DNA from: Thermoanaerobaculia bacterium
GTDB lineage: Bacteria; Acidobacteriota; Thermoanaerobaculia; JALWYX01
Length of the DNA: 64,000 bases
Assembly: GCA_027078415.1 (NCBI GenBank)
Contig: JALWYX010000012.1
Location: 13,161-77,160, forward strand
Direction: 5' to 3'
Shown piece after piece: positions 44,821 to 54,692 of this stretch. Positions within the stretch are counted from its first letter, which is position 1; each line of letters begins with the position of its first letter. Made by a program: the position numbers and the translations under genes. Below the pieces are notes generated by a model that was given only the letters and a program-made list of their open reading frames with translations, had not been told where the DNA came from and did not search any database.

Positions 44821-47800
44821 TTGCAACTGTTTAGTAGTTATTCCAAAAGGGAAAAAGCTAGGGAACAACAGGATTTTGACGCTATTAGGATAGGGATAGC
44901 GTCACCTGAAAAAATACTTTCGTGGAGCCATGGAGAGGTTACTAAAGCTGAAACTATAAACTATAGGACTTTTAAGCCTGAAAAAGATGGTCTATTTTGT
45001 GCACGTATATTTGGTCCCCTTTCCGATTTTGAGTGTTTGTGCGGTAAATACAAGAGAATGAAATACAGAGGAATAGTATGTGATAGGTGCGGAGTAGAGG
45101 TAACAAGAGCTCGTGTTAGGCGAGAAAGAATGGGCCATATAACTTTGGCAAGCAGGGTCTCTCATATATGGTTTTTCAGAGGATTACCGAGCAAAATAGG
45201 TAACTTGTTGGATATTTCAATAAAAGATTTGGAAAAAATATTGTATTTTGCTAGTTACATTGTTATAGATCCGGGGAACACTCCCCTTAAAGAAAAACAA
45301 CTACTTAGTGAAGAGGAGTATAGAAGTTATCTGGACGAGTATGGTGAAGGTTCCTTTGAGGCCAAAATAGGAGCTGATGCTATATATGAACTTTTAAGCC
45401 GTTTAGATCTAGAAGAATTGGCAGCTGAACTTAGATATATTATGAAGAGTAACGGTAGTTACATACGTAAATTGCGTGCTACCAAACGTTTGAAAATAGT
45501 AGAGGCTCTGCGTGAAAGTAATAACAGACCTGAGTGGATGATTCTGGAAGTTATACCTGTTATTCCACCTGAGCTTAGACCTTTGGTTCCCCTTGAAGGT
45601 GGTAAATTTGCTATAAGTGACCTTAATGATCTCTATAGAAGGGTTATAAATAGGAATAACAGATTGAAAAAGTTGATCGAACTTGAAGCGCCTGATGTGA
45701 TAATTCGTAATGAAAAACGGATGTTACAAGAAGCTGTAGATGCTCTTTTCGACAACGGTAAAAGAGGAAAAGTTATAAAGGGATCGCACAGTAGACCACT
45801 TAAGTCTCTAGCTGATAGTCTTAAAGGGAAGCAAGGAAGGTTTAGACAGAATTTACTCGGTAAAAGGGTTGACTATTCTGGAAGATCTGTAATAGTTGTT
45901 GGCCCACAGTTGAAAATGTATCAGTGTGGTATACCTAAACCTATGCTTCTGGAGTTGTTTAAACCGTTTATATACAGCTGGCTTGAGAAAAAGGGTTACG
46001 CATCTACTATTAAGATGGCTAAAGAAATTGTCGAGAGAGAGGAAGATATTGTTTGGGAGGCTGTAGAGGAGATTATAAAAGATCATCCTCTGCTTCTTAA
46101 TCGTGCTCCTACGTTACATAAATTAGGTATACAAGCGTTTATGCCGGTTATAGTAGAAGGTAAGGCGATTCAAATTCATCCGTTGGTATGTGCGGCTTTT
46201 AACGCTGATTTTGACGGCGATCAGATGGCGGTACACGTTCCATTATCTCCAAAGGCACAGGCTGAGAGTGCTCTTATTATGTTATCTACACATAATATTT
46301 TAAGCCCGGCTCACGGAAAACCGCTTGCTGTACCTAGTCAGGATTTGGTCTTGGGAGGGTACTACCTTACTCTATCTAGTCTCAGAGAATCTGAACCTGA
46401 AAAAATGAAGGAGTTCTCCGATCTTAATGAAGTGTTGTTAGCTTATGAACTAGGTATGGTAGATACGCATGAACGTATAAGGGTTAGGTATACTGGACAA
46501 CTTATCGATTTGGAGGTACTTCAAGATACCCAAGATATATCGTCTGTTGAGCCGCAGGAGGTGAAAGACGATTATATAGAAACAACTGTAGGGAGAGTAA
46601 TTTTAAACTCCGTCCTACCTGATGAGGTTCCGTTTGTAAACGGAGTTCTTAAGAAGAAAGGTTTGCAAGAGTTGGTAGATTATTGTTATCACCGGTTGGA
46701 TAGGAAGACGATGATTAAAATGTTGGACGATTTTAAAGATTTGACTTTCTATTACGCTACTAAGGCGGGTATATCTTTTGGAATGGATGATATGGTTGTA
46801 CCTCCCTCTAAAGAAAAGATATTAAGGCAATCCCGTAAAGAGGTTATGGATGTAGAGAGACAGCTAGCAGAAGGTGCTATTACAACTGTTGAAAGGAGAA
46901 ATAAGATACTGGATGTTTGGCATAGAACAACTGAAAAGGTTACTGAAGAGATGTTTAAAGCTATGAAACAACGGGAACTTGTTACTGGAGAATTTAACCC
47001 TATATATCTTATGACAGATTCTGGGGCCCGTGGTTCTAGGGAGCAAGTGCGACAACTAGCAGGAATGAGAGGTCTTATGTCAAAGCCGTCAGGTGAGATT
47101 ATAGAAACCCCTATAACATCGAGTTTTGCTGAAGGATTATCTGTATTGGAGTATTTCATTTCCACTCACGGTGCACGAAAAGGATTAGCAGATACAGCTC
47201 TTAAGACTGCAGACTCAGGATACCTTACCAGAAGGTTAGTTGATGTTGCACAAGAGGTTATAGTACAAGAGGAAGATTGTGGCACTATAGACGGTATGTA
47301 TGTATCGGCTATCTTTGAAGGAGGTACAATACTTGAATCCCTATATGAACGTATAGTAGGGAGAATAGCTCAGGAAACGGTTATAGATCCTTTTACCGGT
47401 GAGGTGATAGTAGATGTAGGTGAAGAGATAACAGAAGAAAAAGCTAAACGTATAGAGGAAGTAGGGATAGAGAAGGTTCTTATTAGATCTGTTCTTACTT
47501 GTGAAACTGTAAGGGGAGTGTGCGCAAAATGTTACGGAAGAGATCTTTCTACTGGCAAATTGGTAGAGGTAGGTGAAGCTGTGGGTATTATAGCTGCACA
47601 ATCTATAGGTGAGCCAGGTACCCAGCTTACCATGAGAACGTTTCACTATGGGGGAACAGCTAGTAGAGTTTCTGAACGCTCTAGCCATGTAGCAAAGCAC
47701 GATGGAATAGTTGAGTTTAGAAACGTTCGTACTATTGTTGATAAAGAAGGTTGGAATGTAGTTGTTAGTCATAATTCTAAGTTGGTAATAACTGATAAAC

Positions 47801-48978
47801 GACAGAAAGTTCGTGAAATATATGAGTTGCCTTACGGCGCTAAGTTGTTTGTGAATGACGGTGATAAAGTAAAGCAAGGAGATACGCTTGTAGAATGGGA
47901 TCCTTTCTCTTCTGTAATTATCACGGAGGTTAGCGGTCGAGTTAAATACCTTGATATAGTAAAAGGCGAGAATTTGAGAGAAGAGGTAGATCGTCTAACT
48001 GGTATATCTTACTGGATTATAGTAGAATCTGCAGCGCAAGATAAACGTACTCCTGCTGTTATAATAGAAAGTGAAGATAAAAGCGTACGTTATTATCTCC
48101 CTGCAGGGGCTTATATATTGGTCAAAGACGGAGATGAGGTCTCTGCAGGCGATATTATTGCAAAAAATCCTAAAGAAGAAGTTAAAACCCAAGATATAAC
48201 AGGTGGTCTTCCTAGGGTAGTTGAGCTGTTTGAAGCACGTAATCCAAAAGATGCTGCAGTTATATCCGATATAGATGGGGTAGTAGAAGTAGACGAAAGT
48301 GGCGTTTCAAAGGGGCACCATAAAATAAAAATCAAGGGTTACTCTGGTGAAGAAAAAGTGTATCTTGTACCCAAATCTAAACACGTTATAGTTAGTAGTG
48401 GACAGCATATTAGAGCAGGTGATCCTATAACTAGAGGTTCTATAAATCCTCACGATGTACTTAGAGTTTTGGGAGAAAAAGAAGTGCAAAGATTCCTCGT
48501 TGCTAGAATTCAAGAAGTTTATAGGGCTCAAAGCGTTAATATCAACGATAAACATATAGAGATAATAGTGCGCCAGATGATGCAATTTGTAAAAATAGAA
48601 GATGTTGGTGATACTAGATTTGTATTGGATGAACAGGTAGAGAAATGGAGATTTGAAGAAGAGAACAGAAGAGTCAAAGCCCAAGGAGGAGTACCGGCTA
48701 AAGGAAAGACTTTGCTTCTTAGTATAACTAAAGCGTCTCTTACAACAGATAGTTGGATCTCAGCAGCTAGTTTTCAAGAGACTACCAGAATTCTTACCGA
48801 TGCTGCGGTCGCAGGGAAAGTGGATACTTTAAAAGGGTTAAAAGAAAACGTTATAGTTGGAAAATTGATACCTGCAGGAACCGGCTTTAGAAAATACAAC
48901 GAGATTGTTGACAAAGTTTTACCTGACAAAGAGGAGATAGAAATAGAGATAGAAGAAGAATCGGAACTTACTTTGTAA
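44821..48978 (+). CDS. rpoC: DNA-directed RNA polymerase subunit beta-prime (TTG start)
   Basis: 1385 aa; Zn-finger CLCGKY...CDRCG, NADFDGD catalytic motif. Confidence 0.98.
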   Translation: MQLFSSYSKREKAREQQDFDAIRIGIASPEKILSWSHGEVTKAETINYRTFKPEKDGLFCARIFGPLSDFECLCGKYKRMKYRGIVCDRCGVEVTRARVRRERMGHITLASRVSHIWFFRGLPSKIGNLLDISIKDLEKILYFASYIVIDPGNTPLKEKQLLSEEEYRSYLDEYGEGSFEAKIGADAIYELLSRLDLEELAAELRYIMKSNGSYIRKLRATKRLKIVEALRESNNRPEWMILEVIPVIPPELRPLVPLEGGKFAISDLNDLYRRVINRNNRLKKLIELEAPDVIIRNEKRMLQEAVDALFDNGKRGKVIKGSHSRPLKSLADSLKGKQGRFRQNLLGKRVDYSGRSVIVVGPQLKMYQCGIPKPMLLELFKPFIYSWLEKKGYASTIKMAKEIVEREEDIVWEAVEEIIKDHPLLLNRAPTLHKLGIQAFMPVIVEGKAIQIHPLVCAAFNADFDGDQMAVHVPLSPKAQAESALIMLSTHNILSPAHGKPLAVPSQDLVLGGYYLTLSSLRESEPEKMKEFSDLNEVLLAYELGMVDTHERIRVRYTGQLIDLEVLQDTQDISSVEPQEVKDDYIETTVGRVILNSVLPDEVPFVNGVLKKKGLQELVDYCYHRLDRKTMIKMLDDFKDLTFYYATKAGISFGMDDMVVPPSKEKILRQSRKEVMDVERQLAEGAITTVERRNKILDVWHRTTEKVTEEMFKAMKQRELVTGEFNPIYLMTDSGARGSREQVRQLAGMRGLMSKPSGEIIETPITSSFAEGLSVLEYFISTHGARKGLADTALKTADSGYLTRRLVDVAQEVIVQEEDCGTIDGMYVSAIFEGGTILESLYERIVGRIAQETVIDPFTGEVIVDVGEEITEEKAKRIEEVGIEKVLIRSVLTCETVRGVCAKCYGRDLSTGKLVEVGEAVGIIAAQSIGEPGTQLTMRTFHYGGTASRVSERSSHVAKHDGIVEFRNVRTIVDKEGWNVVVSHNSKLVITDKRQKVREIYELPYGAKLFVNDGDKVKQGDTLVEWDPFSSVIITEVSGRVKYLDIVKGENLREEVDRLTGISYWIIVESAAQDKRTPAVIIESEDKSVRYYLPAGAYILVKDGDEVSAGDIIAKNPKEEVKTQDITGGLPRVVELFEARNPKDAAVISDIDGVVEVDESGVSKGHHKIKIKGYSGEEKVYLVPKSKHVIVSSGQHIRAGDPITRGSINPHDVLRVLGEKEVQRFLVARIQEVYRAQSVNINDKHIEIIVRQMMQFVKIEDVGDTRFVLDEQVEKWRFEEENRRVKAQGGVPAKGKTLLLSITKASLTTDSWISAASFQETTRILTDAAVAGKVDTLKGLKENVIVGKLIPAGTGFRKYNEIVDKVLPDKEEIEIEIEEESELTL

Positions 48979-49023
48979 AAGATACTGCCTATCACTAGGG
49001 CAAGAATTGCAGGTTAATAATAT

Positions 49024-51030
49024 CTAGCGATATTTACTATGAGTATCGCGTGCATAGGAGTAGTGAAGAGATAAGACTATTCTGCGTCCAGGCTCAGGAA
49101 TTTTTCTTCCGGTGAAAAATGGGTCTCTTATGAAAGAAGCGTGTTCGTAGTAATGTTCGTTTAAAATATTCTCTAGACTTAGGTTTATGCTTGTTCCTTT
49201 TAGTATTTTAAATCTGGAATGTAAATTTAATACACTATATGACGGGGTAACAGATTCTCCTAGATAAGAATCTACATACTTTTGTTTGAAAGAATGTATT
49301 GCTTCTAACTCTATAAAGCTAGAGCCTTTTGTATACCTAACAGCAGCTAATATTCTTGGCGGAGGTATATTTGCTAGATCTGGGTCATTATTATCATCCT
49401 TTCTGCCTCGGGTAAAAGAGAATTCCGTTTTTAGGGTAAGGTAACCTATTAGATTGTAGAAAATGCTAAGTTCAGAACCGTACAGTTCTGCATTTGTATT
49501 TGTATAACTTTTAGCGTAGTGTTGATCTGGAGTTGCTAGCTTAGTAAGAGTTATATAGTTAACTACGTTAGAATAGAATATATTACCTTCAAAAAATAAC
49601 TTTAGTCCTTTAAAGGAAATATCTAGATCTATCTCTCTGTTAATTGGAGGTTTAAGGAAAGGATTTCCTACCCAGTCACCTAGATTCTTTTCGATCTGGC
49701 CCATCCTATTTAAAGAGAAAAATAGTTCTTGTGCATCTGGAAAACGTCCCCTTATGCCTGTTTTTAAAGTTAATGAGAAACGGTTGTTCAGAGGGTATGA
49801 AAGAATAACGCTAGCTGACGGTAATATGAAAGTTGCAGACTCTTTGTAACCTTTATGGTATAGAGTGTACAAATTTACGCTTTGTTCCATTATACGAGAT
49901 TTAGCGGAGGAAATATCTATCCTTAGACTCGTTTCAACATGTAGTTTGTCCTTTACCTTTTTACCTATTTTGCCAAAAAAGGCTACATTTCTGTTGATAG
50001 TTAGGGGAAGGGAGTGTTGTTTTAAAGTACCCATAGTAGTTTCAGCTTGCCACTGGTTTTCTATGGCTTCTGCTCCTAATGTTAGATTTTTACTCTGGTA
50101 AACTGTTTTTACCCCATAGCTCAGGTTTGATGAATAGGTTTCTATAAATGTGCCGATTTTCCTAAATTTGTTATTCATAGTATGGAAAACGCTGTTGTAA
50201 AAAACGTTTATCTCTAGGTTCTCTTGCTTTACAGTTATTGTTGCTCGGTCAGATCCGTCTTTGGGAGAGTCCATTGCTAAAGATGGATATAGTGTATCTT
50301 GTGCTCTGTGTAAAGAGTATGAAAAACCTATGGAGTACTTTTTACCAGCTACTTTAGTTTTAAACCAAGCGTTGTGGTTTTTAAAAGCTGGAGCTTTTAT
50401 ATATGATTGTTTGTAGTTGGCATATTCTGTCAATTTTTTACCTTCACCCGATACATAAGGTTTTGAGAGCTGGTACGAATATCCAAACATTGAAGAGATA
50501 TTTTTCCTTCTAAATGAAATTTGTAGCGAAGGACTAAGGTACCCCATATTGTCACTTGTAAAGTTGAAACTGAAAGGAGATCTTGCTGTTTTTTTAGTTT
50601 TTATTATTACGTTTCCTCCTATAGTGGGAGGATTGTTGAGGTCAAATACTCCTTTGTTTACTTCTATCTTTTCTATTTCTGCTAGGTTTACGTGAAAAAG
50701 AGCTGGATCCATTCTAGCTGTACATGCTCCATATATAGGAATACCGTCTATAGTGTAGCCTATATCTTTCTCTCTAAAACCTCTTATTATTACATCGTTA
50801 GCTATGGTTCCTTTTCTCAATTTCCATATGCCTTTACTTTTGCTTAAAGCTTCACCGAGGTCGATAGCATGGCTTTCTCTAAGAGCTTTTTCATCCAATT
50901 CCCATTTTTTCCCTACTACATCTATCTCTGCTTTTATTTCTTTATCGTTAGCAGCGTATATCAAAGGAACGTTACAAAAAATTGTATAAACGGTAGAAAT
51001 CACGATTATTTTTATTCTTACTCTATACAT
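49024..51030 (-). CDS. TonB-dependent outer-membrane receptor-like protein (plug + beta-barrel)
   Basis: 668 aa; signal peptide, plug-domain pattern (DVIIRGF, IDGIPIYG), long beta-strand-rich C-terminal region. Confidence 0.65.
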   Translation of the reverse strand: MYRVRIKIIVISTVYTIFCNVPLIYAANDKEIKAEIDVVGKKWELDEKALRESHAIDLGEALSKSKGIWKLRKGTIANDVIIRGFREKDIGYTIDGIPIYGACTARMDPALFHVNLAEIEKIEVNKGVFDLNNPPTIGGNVIIKTKKTARSPFSFNFTSDNMGYLSPSLQISFRRKNISSMFGYSYQLSKPYVSGEGKKLTEYANYKQSYIKAPAFKNHNAWFKTKVAGKKYSIGFSYSLHRAQDTLYPSLAMDSPKDGSDRATITVKQENLEINVFYNSVFHTMNNKFRKIGTFIETYSSNLSYGVKTVYQSKNLTLGAEAIENQWQAETTMGTLKQHSLPLTINRNVAFFGKIGKKVKDKLHVETSLRIDISSAKSRIMEQSVNLYTLYHKGYKESATFILPSASVILSYPLNNRFSLTLKTGIRGRFPDAQELFFSLNRMGQIEKNLGDWVGNPFLKPPINREIDLDISFKGLKLFFEGNIFYSNVVNYITLTKLATPDQHYAKSYTNTNAELYGSELSIFYNLIGYLTLKTEFSFTRGRKDDNNDPDLANIPPPRILAAVRYTKGSSFIELEAIHSFKQKYVDSYLGESVTPSYSVLNLHSRFKILKGTSINLSLENILNEHYYEHASFIRDPFFTGRKIPEPGRRIVLSLHYSYARDTHSKYR

Positions 51031-51398
51031 TTTTAGCTCTCTTTTTTGTTAAAGTACATTAATTTCACGGTAAGAGACCCGTTAATTTTGAATATATATA
51101 GCTATTCTTTTGGATGGCGCACTTATAGATTGATTTACACAATCTGTATTACTTGTGATAACAGATAGTTGTATGTCAGTAAACTTTTATTGCTACTAAA
51201 TATAAAAAGAGGAGCGCAATCTGTTATATTTAGATTCACTTAACGAGAAATTGGGTAAATTATTTATCGTTGTAAGTGATAAAGAGTAGTAAAACAACTT
51301 ATTTTTTGCTTGATAGTTATCTGTTGTATGTTGTGTTGCCAAAGTTTTAGATTCACTCTAGACATATTCGATGAAACGTTTTACAATCTTTAAATGAA

Positions 51399-51474
51399 GG
51401 GTCCGTAGCTCAACGGTTAGAGCATCCGGCTCATAACCGGAGGGTTCCAGGTTCGAATCCTGGCGGGCCCACCA
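51399..51474 (+). tRNA. tRNA with CAT anticodon (elongator Met or Ile2/lysidine type)
   Basis: GGGTCCG acceptor, GCTC/GAGC, loop CT-CAT-AA, TTCGAAT, CCA; anticodon stem lacks initiator 3-GC signature. Confidence 0.8.
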
Positions 51475-51497
51475 ACCTATAAGTTGGAGTTTTCCTT

Positions 51498-52223
51498 ATG
51501 TATGAAAAAAGTATGGGAGAGCTGGATGTAGTGATAGAGCTGGACAATCTTTATTCTGAACTGGATAAAAAGCAGAAGTCTCTTAACGATCTTCCTTCAT
51601 GGATGCAAAGTGCTTATCAAGAGTACCTTGCGAAGAAAGAAGAGTACGAGCATATAAAGAGTAAGAAAGAATCTTTGGAATCTCAGTTACGGGAAGCAGA
51701 GCTTAGGTTGAACGAGTTGGAGGAGAGTTATGGTAATCTTAACGAGAGAGCGAGCAAAATATCTAATATGAAGCAGTATGAAGCTTATGTTCGTGAAAAA
51801 AAGAGAATAAAGGAAGAGATTGAAAAAACGAAGTCGTTGAAAAATGATATCTCTGCTGAAATTGAACTATTTAAGGAAAATTTTGCAGAGGTGGAGGCTT
51901 CATTTTTAGATGTTGAAAAAACTTATAAAAAAGAGCTCGCTAAGTGGGAAGCGAGCAAACCTGAGATAGCTAGAGAGATAGAGACTATAGAAAAGAAGAT
52001 AAACGAACTGAGGAGTTTGCTGCCACCTAATATTGTACGAAGATTGGAATTGCTACGAGAAAAGTTTGGTAGGGCCACTGCCAAAATATATTCCTCCGAG
52101 GATAACCAGTTTAGTTATTGTTCTAACTGTAACTACGTGGTAAGACCTGTTGTAATTCAAAGAATTAAGCTTGGAATTGAGCTTATAGAATGTGACAACT
52201 GTAAACGTATATTGTACCAATAG
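51498..52223 (+). CDS. COG1579-type coiled-coil protein with C-terminal C4 zinc ribbon
   Basis: 241 aa; long heptad-rich region; C-terminal CSNCN...CDNC. Confidence 0.6.
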   Translation: MYEKSMGELDVVIELDNLYSELDKKQKSLNDLPSWMQSAYQEYLAKKEEYEHIKSKKESLESQLREAELRLNELEESYGNLNERASKISNMKQYEAYVREKKRIKEEIEKTKSLKNDISAEIELFKENFAEVEASFLDVEKTYKKELAKWEASKPEIAREIETIEKKINELRSLLPPNIVRRLELLREKFGRATAKIYSSEDNQFSYCSNCNYVVRPVVIQRIKLGIELIECDNCKRILYQ

Positions 52224-52229
52224 TTTTTC

Positions 52230-52928
52230 ATGACAGTAGCCGAGCAAACTGTTACTTCTAGGGTAAAGAGAATTGTTGAGAGTATATATGAAACTGCGAT
52301 TAAGTGTGGTCGTGATCCTGCGGAGATAACTGTAATAGCTGTTAGCAAAGGTCAGAGCATAGAAAAAATATTGGAAGCTAAAGAGGCTGGGATAAAAATA
52401 TTCGGTGAGAATAGAGTTCAAGAGATGAAGAGAAAATCGGAACAGCTGCAAGAGAGGGTTGTTTGGCATTTCATTGGCCATTTGCAAAGTAATAAGGTTA
52501 AACTTTGCCTTAGGTATACAGATACAGTACATTCAGTGGATAGACTCAAGATAGCTGAGTTGATAGATGAAGAAGCAAGAAAGGTAGGTAAGTCTGTCAA
52601 GGGGTTTATTCAGTTTAACTTAGGAAACGAGCCTACCAAAAGAGGCTTTTTAGCGAGAGATATAGATCTTATAGCAGGCCTTGAGTATAAAAACTTGGAT
52701 ATAGTAGGAGTTATGGCCATTCCTCCGAGGGAAGAGGATCCTAAAAAGCAGCGGTACTGGTTTGCACAGCTTAGAGATATACGAGATAGATTGGTACGTA
52801 TATCCTCTAACTTTTCTCCCTACTACCTTTCGATGGGGATGAGTAACGATTTTAAAATAGCTATAGAGGAAGGGGCTACACATTTAAGGATAGGTACTGC
52901 TATATTTGGACCTAGAGATGAAGGTTAA
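52230..52928 (+). CDS. YggS-family PLP-binding protein (PLP homeostasis protein)
   Basis: 232 aa; AVSKGQ (Lys-PLP) and HFIGHLQSNK motifs. Confidence 0.8.
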   Translation: MTVAEQTVTSRVKRIVESIYETAIKCGRDPAEITVIAVSKGQSIEKILEAKEAGIKIFGENRVQEMKRKSEQLQERVVWHFIGHLQSNKVKLCLRYTDTVHSVDRLKIAELIDEEARKVGKSVKGFIQFNLGNEPTKRGFLARDIDLIAGLEYKNLDIVGVMAIPPREEDPKKQRYWFAQLRDIRDRLVRISSNFSPYYLSMGMSNDFKIAIEEGATHLRIGTAIFGPRDEG

Positions 52929-53246
52929 GATCATCTGCTAAATATAGAGGGGATTCATAACTTTTTAGAAAATAAAGTGAAATCTTCCTATTAGTTAATA
53001 CTTTTTACCTTTCTTTGGTAAAAAATTTGTAGGATACTATTTGACGATTTTTTAAATGTAGCCTTTCATATTGTTTAGTTTTATGGTATATTTATGCGGG
53101 AGGAGAGGGGGTAGTGATAAGAGAATTTTGGCTGTTGGGAGTATGCAGTGGGTTTGTCTTCCCCGAGAGGATGAGGGGGAGAAGGCCACTGCACCGCTTT
53201 AGACCTTCCCGATAATAATCACCAACCGTATCCTAAAGAAAGGAGG

Positions 53247-53621
53247 TTGTTGGATATGGTAGTATTGGGAAGGCATTTAGTAATTGAAGCTTGGGGCGTC
53301 TCGACAGCCGTTTTAGATAGTGAAGAGAGGATAAAAGAGTCGATAAAAAAGGCAGTTGTAGAGGGTGGTGCTACTCTTATAGATATCTGTGTTCATAAGT
53401 TCAGTCCTCACGGTGTTACTGCTACTGCTACTTTAGCAGAATCTCATATAGCTATTCATACTTGGCCTGAGTATGGCTATGCGGCTATAGATATTTTCTT
53501 TTGTGGTAGAGCAAATCCTGAAAAGGCTATGAAAATTTTGCTCCAAGAGCTCGGAGCTTCTGAGATGAAAGTTCACACTATAGATAGAGGATTTACCCCT
53601 GCATATAAGATGATAAGCTAA
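53247..53621 (+). CDS. speH: S-adenosylmethionine decarboxylase proenzyme, small archaeal/bacterial class 1 type
   Basis: 124 aa; GxHL...ES(H) processing region LAESHIAIHTWPE. Confidence 0.8.
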   Translation: MLDMVVLGRHLVIEAWGVSTAVLDSEERIKESIKKAVVEGGATLIDICVHKFSPHGVTATATLAESHIAIHTWPEYGYAAIDIFFCGRANPEKAMKILLQELGASEMKVHTIDRGFTPAYKMIS

Positions 53622-53633
53622 AGGGAGGATAAT

Positions 53634-54692
53634 ATGGCTATCATAGATAGGATAGTTGAAATTCTAGGTGAAGAAGCGGATTACTTGTTGAGTTTCGAGT
53701 GCAAAGGTATTACAAAAAAAGATATATACTTACCGTCTCCAAACCATTTTGAAGATGTTTTTGGTCCCTCCGATAGAAATCAATACGTTCTTATAAACTT
53801 GGAAAGAATAAAAAATAGTGGTAGATTGGCTGGTACAGGTTATCTTTCAATTTTACCTGTAGATCAGGGTATAGAGCATTCTGCCGCTTCCGCTTTTGTA
53901 CCTAACCCTTCCTATATGGATCCGGAGAATATAGTCAAACTAGCTATAGAAGGTGGATGTAATGCTGTTGCTTCCACTTTGGGAGTGTTAGGTATGGTCT
54001 CTAGAAAATACGCTCACAAGATCCCTTTTATAGTAAAACTCAACCATAATGAGCTTTTGAGTTATCCAAACAGGTACAGGCAAACCCTTTTTGCCCAGGT
54101 GGAGCAAGCATGGAACCTGGGTGCCGCAGGAGTGGGAGCTACTATATATTTCGGTTCAGAATATTCTCGGGACGAATTGCAAGAGATATCTGACTGTTTC
54201 GCGCGTGCACACGAGTTGGGAATGGTTACTATTTTGTGGGCATATTTGCGTAACTCTCACTTTAAAGCTAGTAAAGATCACCATACAGCTGCTGATCTTA
54301 CTGGTCAAGCTAACCATATAGGTGTTACTATAGAAGCTGATATAGTTAAACAAAAACTCCCTACCCATAATGGCGGTTTTGTCGATTTAGGTTTTGGCAA
54401 AACTCATAAAGATCTTTACGGTAAACTTATAACGGATCATCCAGTTGATCTCGTTAGATGGCAGGTTGCCAATTGTTATATGGGACGAGTAGGGTTGATT
54501 AATTCCGGTGGTCCTTCATCCGGAGCTAGCGATTTGAAAGAAGCTGTTAGAACGGCCGTTATAAACAAGCGCGGCGGAGGTATGGGGCTGATATCGGGAA
54601 GAAAAGCTTTTCAAAAACCCTTAAAAGAAGGTGTACAATTACTACACGCTATTCAGGATGTTTATTTGTGCGAAGATGTAACAGTCGCTTAA
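53634..54692 (+). CDS. fbaB: class I fructose-bisphosphate aldolase, DhnA/FbaB type
   Basis: 352 aa; near-colinear resemblance to E. coli FbaB ([42 protein letters not shown]). Confidence 0.85.
   Translation: MAIIDRIVEILGEEADYLLSFECKGITKKDIYLPSPNHFEDVFGPSDRNQYVLINLERIKNSGRLAGTGYLSILPVDQGIEHSAASAFVPNPSYMDPENIVKLAIEGGCNAVASTLGVLGMVSRKYAHKIPFIVKLNHNELLSYPNRYRQTLFAQVEQAWNLGAAGVGATIYFGSEYSRDELQEISDCFARAHELGMVTILWAYLRNSHFKASKDHHTAADLTGQANHIGVTIEADIVKQKLPTHNGGFVDLGFGKTHKDLYGKLITDHPVDLVRWQVANCYMGRVGLINSGGPSSGASDLKEAVRTAVINKRGGGMGLISGRKAFQKPLKEGVQLLHAIQDVYLCEDVTVA

Noticed and set aside
40493-48978. Numerous 60-180 aa antisense or out-of-frame ORFs inside rpoB, rpoC, tuf, atpA/D, ETF-QO and others
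   Set aside because: They are embedded in clearly conserved long genes and have no independent signals.
48979-49023. Possible bidirectional terminator between convergent rpoC and TonB-receptor genes (gcgata...tatcgc)
   Set aside because: It is only a 6-bp stem with a long loop, which is too weak to call.
49024-49060. TonB-dependent receptor C-terminus not ending in an aromatic residue (...SLHYSYARDTHSKYR)
   Set aside because: This could be a short extension beyond the beta-signal, or my family call could be imprecise. There is insufficient evidence of a frameshift.
52929-53246. speH leader as a SAM-I riboswitch
   Set aside because: The sequence does not resemble the SAM-I consensus as I recall it. 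It is kept only as a generic candidate structured leader.
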